DNA of 64,000 bases from an uncultured Chloroflexia bacterium (GCA_963765765.1 CAVXYC010000029.1:64001-128000), one strand, 5' to 3'. Positions 18,369 through 29,297 are shown, counted from the stretch's first letter. The notes: generated by a model not told the origin, from the letters alone. Numbers and translations: made by a program.

Positions 18369-19499
18369 CTAAGAGCTGACGCCAATTCGTTCGACTGCGT
18401 TCCTGCGCTGAGTTCGTTGCACAAAAAGATTTTCGACAAGCGTGGTGAATTCTGACCGGAAGGTGTTGAGGCTGAAGCGCTCAGCGTTGCAACGAATGAG
18501 TCTGGAGTCCCAGCTCTGCATCTCAAATGTTCGGACGGCGCCCATCAGGGCATCAGACGTCTGATCGAAGAAATACGTTCCAGTCGTGCCATCCACAACA
18601 GTATCAAGCGCTCCGCCCGCGGCGAACGCAATTACCGGGCGCCCGCAGGCCTGCGCTTCGACCGGAGCAATGCCAAAATCTTCCTCCCCCGGGAAGATGA
18701 ATGCTCGGCAGCGCCCGTAAAGATCGCGCAGGTCAGCGTCGCTTACGCGTCCCAGGAACTCGATGTTGCCGCGAGCGGTGGCCTGAAGGCCTGCTCTGTC
18801 TCTGCCATCTCCGACGATTTTCAACGGAAGCCCAAGATGGTTGAACGCGTCTACGACGAGGTCAACGCGCTTATAGGGAATCAGTCGCGACGCCACGAGA
18901 AAGAAGTCGTCGACGGTTCCTGCTGGGCGAAATGCTTCTGTATCGACCGGCGGATAGATAACCGATGCGTCGCGACGATAGAACTTTTCGATACGGTCGG
19001 CCACGGCTCGCGAGATCGCAACAAATGAGTCCACTCGATTCGCAGCGGCAACGTCCCACATGCGCAGATAGTTCATAACGGGCGGCAGGGCAATACGGGC
19101 CAGCGGCCCCAGTCGCTCGCGATTTACATAATCGTGATATCGCCACGCCCATCGCATCGGGGTCAGGCAATAGCAGATGTGCACTGTCTCGGGGTTGGTG
19201 ATGACTGACTTTGCCCAGGCGCTACTGTTGGAGATGACGACGTCGAACCCGCTCAGGTCGAAGTTCTCGAACACGAGCGGATAGAACGGCAGGTAGCTCT
19301 GGTGACGAGACATGACGCCGGGCAGCCGTTGCATGAACGATGTCCGGATATCCATCCGCCGATAGCTGGCGGGCATGGCCTCGGGATCAAAGATGGAGGT
19401 AAAGATGGGCGCCTCGGGAAACAGCTCGTGCATGGCCTCGAGCACACGCTCGGCGCCGCCATACTGATTCAAATAGTCGTGGACGAGTGCTACGCGCAT
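18369..19499 (-). CDS. Glycosyltransferase family 4 (WbaZ/mannosyltransferase-like)
   Basis: Motifs VALVHDYLNQYGGAERV, CYCLTPMRWAW and EEDFGIAPVEAQACG. Confidence 0.92.
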   Translation of the reverse strand: MRVALVHDYLNQYGGAERVLEAMHELFPEAPIFTSIFDPEAMPASYRRMDIRTSFMQRLPGVMSRHQSYLPFYPLVFENFDLSGFDVVISNSSAWAKSVITNPETVHICYCLTPMRWAWRYHDYVNRERLGPLARIALPPVMNYLRMWDVAAANRVDSFVAISRAVADRIEKFYRRDASVIYPPVDTEAFRPAGTVDDFFLVASRLIPYKRVDLVVDAFNHLGLPLKIVGDGRDRAGLQATARGNIEFLGRVSDADLRDLYGRCRAFIFPGEEDFGIAPVEAQACGRPVIAFAAGGALDTVVDGTTGTYFFDQTSDALMGAVRTFEMQSWDSRLIRCNAERFSLNTFRSEFTTLVENLFVQRTQRRNAVERIGVSS

Positions 19500-19505
19500 A
19501 GTCGG

Positions 19506-21023
19506 CTAGAACGCCCCTCCACCCCAGAGGACCGTGGGGATAGTCCGGAGAAAGATCCGGAGGTCGAGCGAAAGCGACCAATGCTCGATGTAGTAGATGT
19601 CGTACATCACCATTTCGTCGAAGTCGAGCTCACTTCGCCCGCTGACCTGCCACAGCCCGGTCATGCCTGGTGATACCGCGAGTCGCTTCTTGTGCCACTC
19701 CTCGTATTGCTCGACTTCCGAGGGAATCGGAGGCCTCGGACCAACCAGGCTCATGTCACCGCGCAGCACATTCACGAGCTGTGGAATCTCGTCCACTGAA
19801 AAGCGCCGTATAAACCGCCCGACACGAGTCAGTCGGGGATCCTGACGAATCTTGAACAGCGGTCCAACAGCCTCGTTCTTCTCTTCCAGAAGTGTCCGTT
19901 CATCCGCCGCGTTGGGTTTCATTGACCGAAATTTGAACATGGTGAACGGCTCACCATTCTTACCGACCCGTGTATGGCGGAAGATGGCCGGTCCACCTGG
20001 AGATTCAATCTTGATCACGAGGGCAATGAGCGCCATGATCGGGGAAGCTACAAGCAGAGCGGCCGAGGACAGCACGACATCTATGGCTCGCTTCACCACT
20101 CGATTCCAACCCTGAATCGAGACCTCTCGAAGACCGATCAGCGGAATGCCGAGCACTGTGTCAGTATCAACGAGACTCAGTCTCATCTCATACATATCCG
20201 GGACGACCTTGAAAGTGAGTCCGCCCCGTCGACATTGATCCAAGGTTTCCAGAACTTTCTCGTGCAGCGCTGGCGGGAGCGCAACAATCACCTGTGTGAC
20301 GTCGAAGCTCTCAATGACTTTTGCAAGCTCATCGATCGTTCCAAGTGCATGGAAGCGACCGAAATCGTCGCGTGCCGATTCACTAAGGAAGCCAACGACG
20401 TAATATCCGCGATTCCGCTGCGCGGCGAGGGCCTGCATCACCATCCGGCCCCGATTGCTATCTCCGACGACGAGCACTCGTTCCACGGCAGTGCCTCGCC
20501 TGTGCAAGGTGCTAATCAACATTCCTATGAGCGCGCGCCCAAGGAGCACCGCCAGGCTCGCGAGCGCCCAGACGTAAATAAATGTCCAACGCGAGGATGC
20601 CGGATAACGAAGCATGGCGGTGCCCGCGAAGAGCATCATGACGCCGAAGCCAGTGGACTTTACAACCCCCGGGCCGATGTCCACGATGGACCGTGTCGGC
20701 AAGCGGTAAAGGCCCGCAAAATGAAACTGAAGTGGCAGGATGACCGCAAGAGCCAGCTGAAGTGGGGCATAGACAGAGTACGGGACGTAATCCTCTGGCT
20801 CCACGTCTCCCCCAAGCTGAGCCACATAGCGGAGATACCAGGCGAGATAGAACGCCCCGCTTATGACAGCGAAATCAACCAGGAGTAGAGCGAACGGAAT
20901 CAGTCGTCGCAAGCGCGCTTGTTGCCGTTCCGCGGTGACGCGAACGGACTCAGGAGCATTTGAGGCGTTGGGTGTGGCAGGCGCAATCAGGGACTCAATC
21001 ACGGAATTCGTGCCGTCACTCAC
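19506..21023 (-). CDS. Undecaprenyl-phosphate glycosylphosphotransferase (priming sugar transferase, WcaJ/CpsE-like)
   Basis: N-terminal TM helices; motifs KRAIDV, FKFRSM, DEIPQLVNVLRGDMSLVGPRP and PGMTGLWQVSGR. Confidence 0.94.
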   Translation of the reverse strand: MSDGTNSVIESLIAPATPNASNAPESVRVTAERQQARLRRLIPFALLLVDFAVISGAFYLAWYLRYVAQLGGDVEPEDYVPYSVYAPLQLALAVILPLQFHFAGLYRLPTRSIVDIGPGVVKSTGFGVMMLFAGTAMLRYPASSRWTFIYVWALASLAVLLGRALIGMLISTLHRRGTAVERVLVVGDSNRGRMVMQALAAQRNRGYYVVGFLSESARDDFGRFHALGTIDELAKVIESFDVTQVIVALPPALHEKVLETLDQCRRGGLTFKVVPDMYEMRLSLVDTDTVLGIPLIGLREVSIQGWNRVVKRAIDVVLSSAALLVASPIMALIALVIKIESPGGPAIFRHTRVGKNGEPFTMFKFRSMKPNAADERTLLEEKNEAVGPLFKIRQDPRLTRVGRFIRRFSVDEIPQLVNVLRGDMSLVGPRPPIPSEVEQYEEWHKKRLAVSPGMTGLWQVSGRSELDFDEMVMYDIYYIEHWSLSLDLRIFLRTIPTVLWGGGAF

Positions 21024-22176
21024 CTGCGTGACCGCCAGGGGACTTGGTCAGGCGCTCATAAACGGCGGCGGTCTCCGCCGCCATATGCTCCCAGCGAAAT
21101 CGAGCTGCCTGCTTTCGACCGGCCAATGATAGTCTACGGCGCAGGTCAGAGTCAGAAGCGATTTGGGAGAGAGCTGAAGTCAGCGATTCTTCATTTTCTG
21201 GCGGAACAAGTTTGCCGGCTTCTCCCACCACCTCAGGCAACGATGACGCCGTGGTTGTGATCACGGGTGTCCCGCAAGCCATAGCTTCTGCCACTGGCAG
21301 CCCGAACCCTTCATAGTGAGACGGGTAAACGAATGCAGTTGCCGCGGAGTACCAGAGGGGCAGGTCCTCGGAAGGTACGAACCCCGGGAACCTGACGTTG
21401 TCCCCGAGTCCCAATTGATCCACGAGATCGAATACCTCTTGATCTTTCCAACCGCGACCACCTGCCAGAATGAGCGGCAGCGGATTCTCCGCATCACGCC
21501 GATAGCGAGCGTACGCTCGAACCAGGCCCGCTACATTCTTCCGAGGCTCAATCGTTCCAACGTAGAGAAAAAACTCTTCGGGAAGCTGGTTTCGCTGGCG
21601 GAATGCCTGAATCTGAGTTTCCGGCGCGGGCTGAAACCGGTGGGACACACCGCAGTAGGTTGTAACAACCTTGTCAGGTGCCACTCCGAACAGTCTGATG
21701 ACGTCCCGGCGGGTGCTCTCTGAGATAGTCAGGACCGTGGTAGCTTTTCGCGCCGAAAGTCGGGCGATGGTCGCCAGGTACATAGCGTTGGAACGATTGA
21801 ACAGCCGCGGGTAGCGCACGAAGCTTAAATCGCAGATGGTCATGACGGATCGGCCCTTCCAGGCGAGCGGAAGTGCGTAGCCCAGAGCGTGGATCAGGTC
21901 TGGCGGTCGACGAGCCAGGACGAGCGGCTGAATCAACTGTTCCCACACGACGCGCATCGAGGGTTTTCGAAAAGCCGAGCTGAGCACGGTCGTCCGAAAA
22001 TTTGGTGTCGGGGATAGACAAATTTCGGTAGGCTCGTAAGTGACGAACGCCTCGTAGCATTGCTCCGGTGCTCTCAGACGGAGTTGTGTTAGCAGCTCAT
22101 AGATGTACTGACTGATGCCCGCTGACCGATACGACGCGGACTGGGAAAGAAGGAGCGCGTTCAGGACAATCTTCAC
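21016..22176 (-). CDS. Glycosyltransferase family 4
   Basis: Motifs AGISQY, VGTIEPRKN and YPSHYEGFGLPVAEAMACG. Start placed at GTG 22176 (VKIVLNA). Confidence 0.9.
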   Translation of the reverse strand: MKIVLNALLLSQSASYRSAGISQYIYELLTQLRLRAPEQCYEAFVTYEPTEICLSPTPNFRTTVLSSAFRKPSMRVVWEQLIQPLVLARRPPDLIHALGYALPLAWKGRSVMTICDLSFVRYPRLFNRSNAMYLATIARLSARKATTVLTISESTRRDVIRLFGVAPDKVVTTYCGVSHRFQPAPETQIQAFRQRNQLPEEFFLYVGTIEPRKNVAGLVRAYARYRRDAENPLPLILAGGRGWKDQEVFDLVDQLGLGDNVRFPGFVPSEDLPLWYSAATAFVYPSHYEGFGLPVAEAMACGTPVITTTASSLPEVVGEAGKLVPPENEESLTSALSQIASDSDLRRRLSLAGRKQAARFRWEHMAAETAAVYERLTKSPGGHAGE

Positions 22177-22475
22177 GATGGTAGGGGGAGCGGGAATGTT
22201 ACCAGTCGGAGCGCTTCGGTAGGAATTCGCTCCTGAGGTCCACATCGTGGCGGCTCTCAGGGGTCGAGCTCAGGAGATCACCGGGATGAGAAATTGAAGC
22301 TCCGAGACGCCCACGTCGGAAGCGGACCCGCAGAATCGTGAAGACCGCGGACTCTATGAACCTCCATTTTGACCAACCCCATCGATTCCAGGGCGGTTCA
22401 ATTGTCGGAGCGTTTCTCAGCGTGATATCGTGATGCCATTCAGGGTGCTCGGCACGAGCCGCGCCCCATTCATTC

Positions 22476-23414
22476 ATGACGGGTGCTGCCGTACGCGACG
22501 CTGACTCCGCGCCTAGCCCGATGGCGATAGTCTGGAATCCCAGACCATCCAACGCTGGCAGACTTCTCGCTATCATCGCCGCGTTCTCGCTTGTGCTCAG
22601 CGCTGTGGTGTTCTGGCTGGCGACACGCCAAGACGTGGGCCTGGGCATGTTCTTTGGCTTGCTCATTGGAGCAATGGCGCTCAGTCTCGGCGGTGCGGTT
22701 GCAGTGGCCGCGTTGGGATACTTTACTCTCCGCTATTCACTGGAGCCCGACGCGCTCGTCATTACCTGGTTGGATCGGGAAGAGCGTATTCCCTATGGGC
22801 AAATCGATGGAATCCTCGGCGGTGGGCGCCTTGGGCCATTACATGTTCGTGGACTGGATCTTCCCGGTTACAGGGTAGGGGCAAGCAGATCGCGCGCACT
22901 CGGCCTCATCCGCATCTATGCCACGAGTGGTCGACCCGACGACATTATTCTGGTGCTCACCGATACAACAAGCTACGCGCTAACCCCGTCAAGTATCGAA
23001 GAGTTCCGACAACAGCTCATACTATCCGCTGAGGCCAGCAGTCCCGAGCGGGAAGCTGCGAGTCAGGCGATCCGACCGGGCGTCCAAGCGGTCCCTCGAG
23101 ATGCAGTCATGCTCGGGTCCGCGGTCTTATCCATTGTGCTCGTGGCGTTGATGGTTGCCTGGATCATGGCCCGCTTTGCGTCTCTGCCGGATCTCATGCC
23201 GATTCATTTCGACGCCATGGCTAACCCAAATTTTGTGGCGCCTAAAGCGGACGTGTTCCGCTTCCCCGGGGTAGGTGGCGCGATTCTGCTGATCAATGCG
23301 GTTATCTGCGCGGCAATTTACACGACCGAGCGCGGCGCAGCCCGACTTCTCGCGATCAGCACAATTGTGATCGAGCTGGTGACACTTGTGGCCGTCGTGC
23401 GGGTCGTGTCCTAA
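22476..23414 (+). CDS. Membrane protein with a bacterial PH-like domain and a DUF1648-like C-terminal TM region
   Basis: Two N-terminal TM helices, then RYSLEPDALVITW...IPY (PH-like), then LPDLMPIHFD plus further TM helices. Confidence 0.7.
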   Translation: MTGAAVRDADSAPSPMAIVWNPRPSNAGRLLAIIAAFSLVLSAVVFWLATRQDVGLGMFFGLLIGAMALSLGGAVAVAALGYFTLRYSLEPDALVITWLDREERIPYGQIDGILGGGRLGPLHVRGLDLPGYRVGASRSRALGLIRIYATSGRPDDIILVLTDTTSYALTPSSIEEFRQQLILSAEASSPEREAASQAIRPGVQAVPRDAVMLGSAVLSIVLVALMVAWIMARFASLPDLMPIHFDAMANPNFVAPKADVFRFPGVGGAILLINAVICAAIYTTERGAARLLAISTIVIELVTLVAVVRVVS

Positions 23415-23631
23415 GAGCGGTCGCACCCTCCTACGCTTTGGGCTGCGGCGGTCTTCGCCGCTTTCCCGCGAGGCCGGAAGTCGTAACCTGTGTCGCTCCG
23501 CTCAGTATGAAGCGACGAAGACTGTCGCAGACAAAGCGCGTCGTCGGGCCGGTGTCATTCTGCGTGGAGCCACTCGGTGCCAGCGCTTCAGGCTCGGGTC
23601 AAGCGGCGAAGCCAGCCGCGCTCGAAGGCAG

Positions 23632-24984
23632 TTAAAGCGCCGAGAAATTGCGGCCTAGGGTTACGCGCACGTCCAGTTGACTGTCGCCCGCGCCCGAACG
23701 AACGGCGGTTGCCGGAAGCTGGAGTGCCACCGCTATGGCTCGCGCGGCCTCAATCTTTCCGTTGAAGTAGACAATCGTGCTTTCTGGGAGGTCCGTGCGG
23801 TCGGCGGATCCGACACGCACGTTCTGATGACCTAGATCGCGCAGCATGACCCCAACGTTGGTGGCGAGATTCTGTCGCTGTGTGCCGTTGAGAACTTCGA
23901 TTCGAACACCTTCTGTCCGACTGGCCACTGATTCAGTCTCAGCGCGCTCAATAGCACGGCGGATATCGGCGGTACGTGGACGGAGCAGGTCCTCCCCTTG
24001 GGGGCCTGTGAACGGATCGGCGTATTGCGTATCGATGACGAGATTGACGATCTTCTCTCGGTCGATCTCCGAAGCGAGGCGCGCGAGTGCAAGCAGCTCC
24101 GTAGGCGAAAAGTTTGTGGAGACTGTCTGCTGTGCGAGGCCGATGAGAGTAGGCGCTTTAGGCAGCATGTTGAGCTGCATGGCGCGATCGCGCAGAGCCA
24201 CCAGCAGGCGTTGCTGTCGGCGGGCACGACCGAAATCATTCTCACTGTGGCGTGATCGCGCATATTGAAGCGCTGTTCGCCCGTCGAGTAACTGCGGGCC
24301 CCCGGGGATGTAAATCCGTTGGTAGCCGTAATCCTCAGTGGGATATTCATCGTCTTTGATTGGACGTTCTACGTCGACGATAACCCCGCCGACGGTATCC
24401 ACAATCTGCTCGAATCCGCGGAAGCTCACGCGGCCGAAGAATTTGGATTTGATCGCGAAGTTAGCATCCAGCGTCCGCTGCAACAGCTCCGGGCCGCCGA
24501 CCGAGTGGGCCACATTGATTCGCTGATTGTAAGAACCTGGGATGCTCACCCAGAGATCTCGGGGAAAGGAGATCATCGCCGCGGTCTTACTGACCGGATC
24601 GATGCTCAGCAACAGCACGGTGTCAGCACGGCTACCTTCCAGAGGTTCGTCGTCGCGCTGGTCGACACCGAGCAGCGTGATATTGATCCGTTCCGTCCCC
24701 TGCCATTCTGGAAGGATGGTTACTGGGGCTGGAAGTGGAAGCGAAGGCAGAGAAGGGCCACGCCGGGCGATGTCTGGTGGCTGCAGAACAATCGGCGCGG
24801 TGCCCGGAACGGCCACCGTGATGCGACCTCGGTTGGCAAGCTCCTGGTAATTGGCAATGAACAGCCACCCAGAGTAGAAGCCACCCGCCACAAAGATGGA
24901 GAACGCGAATCCGAGGAAGAACGCTACGGCCCTGGGCAATCCGCCTGCGCCGCCGTCATCGTGGTCAAAATGATCCAAGGCCAC
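23632..24984 (-). CDS. LCP (LytR-CpsA-Psr) family transferase with LytR_C domain
   Basis: TM anchor; motifs LLGVDQR, RADT, SFPRDLWV and ALQYARSR...DFGRARRQQ; C-terminal IEVLNGT. Confidence 0.93.
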   Translation of the reverse strand: MALDHFDHDDGGAGGLPRAVAFFLGFAFSIFVAGGFYSGWLFIANYQELANRGRITVAVPGTAPIVLQPPDIARRGPSLPSLPLPAPVTILPEWQGTERINITLLGVDQRDDEPLEGSRADTVLLLSIDPVSKTAAMISFPRDLWVSIPGSYNQRINVAHSVGGPELLQRTLDANFAIKSKFFGRVSFRGFEQIVDTVGGVIVDVERPIKDDEYPTEDYGYQRIYIPGGPQLLDGRTALQYARSRHSENDFGRARRQQRLLVALRDRAMQLNMLPKAPTLIGLAQQTVSTNFSPTELLALARLASEIDREKIVNLVIDTQYADPFTGPQGEDLLRPRTADIRRAIERAETESVASRTEGVRIEVLNGTQRQNLATNVGVMLRDLGHQNVRVGSADRTDLPESTIVYFNGKIEAARAIAVALQLPATAVRSGAGDSQLDVRVTLGRNFSAL

Positions 24985-25056
24985 GTTACAGCGTTATTGT
25001 CCTTAGAGATCGTACGTGCATCTCTGATCGATCCAACTTGTGGGGCGCTTCGGCCA

Positions 25057-26157
25057 TTAAGGGGTGCAGACCCGGTTCAACGCAGCCTGTACGGATGCTG
25101 ATGGAATATCAGAGTGGATTTCTGCGTGCCCGATACGGGTCAGCATAATCCAGTTTATCGTGCCAGCACGATTTTTCTTGTCCAGCGTGAGCGCCGGCGC
25201 TAGTGCGTCAGGAGTCACCTCGCAATAGAGCGGTAGGCCCAAGGCATGAAGGAGTGCGCGCTGTCGAGCGGCGTCATCTTGATTAAGAATGCCGACGGAC
25301 TGAGCGATCGACGCACTCGCCTCCATCCCAATACTGACAGCTTCTCCATGTAAGTAACGCTGATACGCCGTAGCAGCCTCTATCGCGTGGCCTACGGTAT
25401 GACCGTAATTCAGGATCATTCGCAGGCCTGCTTCTTCATGATCAGACGTGACGACTTGACCTTTGAGCTCAACGCTACGCGCGATAGCGTCGATGAGGGA
25501 CTCGGTCTCGCCGCGGGCCAGCGCCGCGCTTTCGCGCTCGAGCCTCGCAAACATGTCCGCGTCTAGTATCGCCGCCATCTTCGCGACTTCCGCGAGCCCG
25601 GCGCGCCGCTCGCGATCCGGCAACGTTTCTAATGTGTTCACATCCGAGATCACGATACGAGCGTCATAAAAGGCGCCAATTAGATTCTTGCCGCGTGGAT
25701 GGTCGATACCCGTCTTTCCGCCCACACTCGAGTCCACCTGCGCAAGCACCGTTGTCGGAATCTGTACCAGCGGTACGCCCCTCAAATATGTCGCGGCAAC
25801 AAACCCCACCATGTCGCCAACAACGCCACCACCAAAAGCGATGATCGGATCACGTCGCTCGGCGCGCTGCTCCACAAGCCAATCGTAGATTGCCGCCACA
25901 GACTCGAGGTTTTTTTTATCTTCACCGGCTTCGATCTCTAGAACTGGCGGCAAGATTCCGAGCTGCTTGAATCCCTCGAAAAGATGTTCACCATGAAGCG
26001 CCCAAACGTTACGATCCGCCACGATGCGCGCCGTGCCCTTGAGTCCCGCAGTCTGGATAAGATCGGCGGCACGCGGCAGGAGGCCTGATCCGATATAGAC
26101 GTCGTAGGCGGAGCTACCCTCACCAACAGTGATGACGTGATCAGCTCGAGTGTTCAT
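25057..26157 (-). CDS. aroB: 3-dehydroquinate synthase
   Basis: Motifs GGGVVGD, PTTVLAQVDSSVGGKTG, LNYGHTVGHAIE and HGEAV. Confidence 0.97.
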   Translation of the reverse strand: MNTRADHVITVGEGSSAYDVYIGSGLLPRAADLIQTAGLKGTARIVADRNVWALHGEHLFEGFKQLGILPPVLEIEAGEDKKNLESVAAIYDWLVEQRAERRDPIIAFGGGVVGDMVGFVAATYLRGVPLVQIPTTVLAQVDSSVGGKTGIDHPRGKNLIGAFYDARIVISDVNTLETLPDRERRAGLAEVAKMAAILDADMFARLERESAALARGETESLIDAIARSVELKGQVVTSDHEEAGLRMILNYGHTVGHAIEAATAYQRYLHGEAVSIGMEASASIAQSVGILNQDDAARQRALLHALGLPLYCEVTPDALAPALTLDKKNRAGTINWIMLTRIGHAEIHSDIPSASVQAALNRVCTP

Positions 26158-26689
26158 AAGCCTTTACAATCATCTCCGCGACGGTGTCCGGTGACGCTTC
26201 ATCGGTGGCGATCACGGCGTGGGCTTGCTCATAGTACCTGGATCGGGCTTGCAGGAGCGAAGTCAGGCGATCACGCAGATCTCCTTGCAGCAATGGACGC
26301 TCACCCGCTCCCTGATTGGTCAGTCGAGCGACGAGCGCATCTGGCGTCGTCCTTAGATACACAACAAACCCGCGTTCCCAAAGCTCCTCACGATTTGCTG
26401 GGAGAAGGATGGCGCCACCGCCCGTTGCGACGACCTGTTTCTCCCCACGCATCACTTGACTCACGACATCGGCTTCCACCCGACGAAACTCGTCCTCGCC
26501 AAAATTCGCGAAGAACTGTGTGATCGCGCACCGTGTCTTGGCCTCAATGAGAACGTCGGTATCAATGCTGGCCCATCCAAGCAGACCCGCGAGGCAGGAG
26601 GCGACGGTTGACTTGCCACAGCCGCTGAGACCGATCAGAACGATATTAGGTGCGAGCCTCTCAGACGACGGCTGGCTCGTACGTGGCAA
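26141..26689 (-). CDS. aroK: Shikimate kinase
   Basis: Motifs NIVLIGLSGCGKST, GEDEFRRVE, VVATGGG and RPLL. Start uncertain (TTG 26689 chosen). Confidence 0.9.
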   Translation of the reverse strand: MPRTSQPSSERLAPNIVLIGLSGCGKSTVASCLAGLLGWASIDTDVLIEAKTRCAITQFFANFGEDEFRRVEADVVSQVMRGEKQVVATGGGAILLPANREELWERGFVVYLRTTPDALVARLTNQGAGERPLLQGDLRDRLTSLLQARSRYYEQAHAVIATDEASPDTVAEMIVKAYEHSS

Positions 26690-27869
26690 TGTAGGACCGG
26701 TAGTTGCGCTCGATCTCGGCGATACTATCACCACCAAACTTTTGTCGGAATGCATCGGCCAGCACGATCGCGAGCATAGCCTCGCCCACGACACCCGCGG
26801 CCGGAATGACACACACGTCGCTCCGCTCTACGTGCGCCACAGCTCTCTCCCGAGTTGCCAGGTCGGTGGACGGTAGCGGCTTCATCAGCGTGGCAATTGG
26901 CTTCGCCGCCGCCCTCGCTACTATCGGGGCGCCGTTCGTGATGCCGCCCTCGGTGCCGCCGGCGTTGTTTGTATCGTGGAGCCAACCCAGCTCATCGTTG
27001 TAGGAGATGACGTCGTGAACTTTTGATCCTCGGCGAGCTGCTTCAGCGAATCCGTCACCCACCTCGGCGCCCTTGATTGATGGAATGCTGCCCAGCGCTC
27101 CCACAATCCGACCATCCAGGCGGTCCTCCCATTGTGCGAAGCTTCCCAGGCCGATCGGAACGTTGTAGGCGACGACTTCGAAGACCCCTCCGAGCGTATC
27201 GCCCTCTGAGCGGGCCGCATCAATCGCCTCGATCATGCGCTCCGCCGATGCGGAGTCACCGGTTCGAACCGCCGATTCTTCGACCGATTCAAAGAACGAG
27301 GCGATGGCCGGATTCTTACTGCCGCGCTTATCCAGACGGATCTCGTCGGGTACGTGCGCTTCGACTTCTCCGATTCGCACCGTGTGACTAAAGATCTCGA
27401 TACCGAAGTATTCCAGAAAAGCCCGGCACACTGAGCCCGCTGCAACGCGCGAGGTCGTTTCACGTGAGCTGGCGCGTTCCAGGACATTGCGAACATCGTC
27501 GTGGCTGTACTTGACCGCACCGGTGAAGTCGGCATGCCCGGGGCGCATCTTAGTTACCTTGGCAACGCGTTCGGTCGGTTCGGCGATATCCATTTTGCCC
27601 GCCCAGTTCGCCCAATCTAGATTGGCCACAACCATGGCGATCGGGCTACCGAGCGTTTCGCCGTAACGTACACCTGAGACGAACTGGACCTGATCCCGCT
27701 CGATCTTCATTCGACCGCCACGGCCATATCCACCCTGGCGGCGCGTCAGGTGCCGATTAACTTGGTCCGCGTTGAGCGGAAGTCCAGCCGGTATGTTGTC
27801 CAGAATAATCGTGCACTGCGGACCGTGACTCTCACCCGCGGTCTGTAACCGCAGTGCCTTCAGACTCAT
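26661..27869 (-). CDS. aroC: Chorismate synthase
   Basis: Motifs TAGESHG, RRQGGYGRGGR, RPGHAD, NAGGTEGGITNG and ERSD. Confidence 0.97.
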   Translation of the reverse strand: MSLKALRLQTAGESHGPQCTIILDNIPAGLPLNADQVNRHLTRRQGGYGRGGRMKIERDQVQFVSGVRYGETLGSPIAMVVANLDWANWAGKMDIAEPTERVAKVTKMRPGHADFTGAVKYSHDDVRNVLERASSRETTSRVAAGSVCRAFLEYFGIEIFSHTVRIGEVEAHVPDEIRLDKRGSKNPAIASFFESVEESAVRTGDSASAERMIEAIDAARSEGDTLGGVFEVVAYNVPIGLGSFAQWEDRLDGRIVGALGSIPSIKGAEVGDGFAEAARRGSKVHDVISYNDELGWLHDTNNAGGTEGGITNGAPIVARAAAKPIATLMKPLPSTDLATRERAVAHVERSDVCVIPAAGVVGEAMLAIVLADAFRQKFGGDSIAEIERNYRSYIATYEPAVV

Positions 27870-28018
27870 CGATCAGGCTCCTTGCTTGGTGCGCATTTTC
27901 AGTGTCAGTGCGATCGTAGCATATGATCGAAGGGCATTTTGATCTGGACGGCTTACATGCTCGGAGCGCCGCCGAGTATGGCGTCTGACCTCGCGTGGAA
28001 GGGCGAACGCCAACTCGG

Positions 28019-29071
28019 TTAAGCCTTCGCAACGGCGGTCTCTGATTGGGCCGCGGGTAGGGTCCGACCCACTGCTGGAACCAGCGCGCGCATACAGTCC
28101 ATCAGCCCGCTAAAATTCTCGAAGTTCAATGACTGTGGGCCGTCGGACAACGCGTGATCCGGCGAAGGATGAACTTCAATGATGAGACCGTCTGCGCCCG
28201 CCGCTGCCGCTGCCATCGCCATTGGCTTGACGAGATACCACTTACCGGTGGCATGACTCGGGTCGGCAATAACTGGCAGATGGCTGAGTCGCTTGATGTA
28301 CGGGATCGCAGCCAGGTCGAACGTGTTGCGTAACCATGGCTCGAACGTGCGAATGCCCCGTTCGCAGAGCATAAGTTGGTCATTGCCGGCATTGAGAATG
28401 TACTCGGCCGCCATCAGCCACTCTTCGAGCGTGCCGGCCAGTCCTCGCTTCAGCAGGACTGGCTTGTGGCTTCGCCCAACCTCACGTAGGAGTGGGAAAT
28501 TCTGCATGTTTCGGGCGCCCACCTGAAGCACATCGGTGTAGCGCGCTACAAGTGGCACGTCCTCGGGCGACATCACTTCGGTGATGATGGGTAGACCCGT
28601 CTCCGCCCTTGCCTCGGCCAGGAACTCCAGGCCTTCTTCACCGAGTCCCTGAAAACTGTACGGCGATGTGCGCGGCTTGAAGGCACCCCCGCGCAGCATG
28701 CGTGCACCGGCGGCCTTCACCGAGCGAGCCGTGGCAAGCATCTGATCGCGACTTTCCACAGAACACGGACCGGCCATGATGACGAGCTCATCGGCGCCAA
28801 TGCGTAGATCACCAACATTGACGATCGTATTCTCGGACTTGAACTCTCGACTCGCCTGTTTGTAGGGCTTGGTCACGCGAGTGACCTCGTCAACTCCGGG
28901 GAAGAGCTGTAGTGATTCCAGCAGCTCCGGGCCGAACGCGGTTCCCTTCACGCCGATGACGGTGCGCTCCGATCCATCAAAGACCAGCGACTCGAGTCCA
29001 AATTCGCCGATTCGCGCTTTTACGGCTTCCACCTGTTCTGGAGTGGCGCCGAGCTGCATCGAGATGATCAT
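28019..29071 (-). CDS. aroF: DAHP synthase type I-beta with N-terminal regulatory domain
   Basis: Motifs [32 protein letters not shown] and DPSHATG. Start at ATG 29071 with AGAAAGG RBS. Confidence 0.95.
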   Translation of the reverse strand: MIISMQLGATPEQVEAVKARIGEFGLESLVFDGSERTVIGVKGTAFGPELLESLQLFPGVDEVTRVTKPYKQASREFKSENTIVNVGDLRIGADELVIMAGPCSVESRDQMLATARSVKAAGARMLRGGAFKPRTSPYSFQGLGEEGLEFLAEARAETGLPIITEVMSPEDVPLVARYTDVLQVGARNMQNFPLLREVGRSHKPVLLKRGLAGTLEEWLMAAEYILNAGNDQLMLCERGIRTFEPWLRNTFDLAAIPYIKRLSHLPVIADPSHATGKWYLVKPMAMAAAAAGADGLIIEVHPSPDHALSDGPQSLNFENFSGLMDCMRALVPAVGRTLPAAQSETAVAKA

Positions 29072-29124
29072 CGTTCGACCGGCCTTTCTATACTTGTCTC
29101 GCGTCTGCGGATCGGAAGAAGTGG

Positions 29125-29156
29125 AAAACAAAAAAGCAGGGGCGCTTCCCCTGCTT
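29125..29156 (-). terminator. Intrinsic terminator (attenuator) in the aroF leader
   Basis: AAGCAGGGG-AAGCG-CCCCTGCTT followed by TTTTGTTTT on the minus strand, about 55 nt upstream of aroF. Confidence 0.88.
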
Positions 29157-29185
29157 AGTACGGCGTGAAGGACAAATGCACTACC

Positions 29186-29239
29186 CTAGCGGGATAAGCC
29201 CCTCACGCCACACGTAAATGAGTAGATCAGACAGAACAT
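29186..29239 (-). CDS. Candidate aromatic-amino-acid leader peptide MFCLIYSFTCGVRGLSR
   Basis: Short ORF with Phe/Tyr/Phe codons that ends inside the attenuator stems. An in-frame upstream ATG at 29284 gives a 32-aa version. Confidence 0.5.
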   Translation of the reverse strand: MFCLIYSFTCGVRGLSR

Positions 29240-29297
29240 AAGGCTTCTTGTTCGAGGGCGCCTTTCAATAGCCAGCGGACACATGTCGAATGCACGC

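Noticed and set aside
23415-23640. Possible integron attC site (..TAAC ... GTTAAAG)
   Set aside because: R and L boxes are not complementary, and there is no integrase or cassette array.
29160-29290. T-box riboswitch before aroF
   Set aside because: No TGGNACC T-box motif or stem I signatures; a leader-peptide attenuator fits better.
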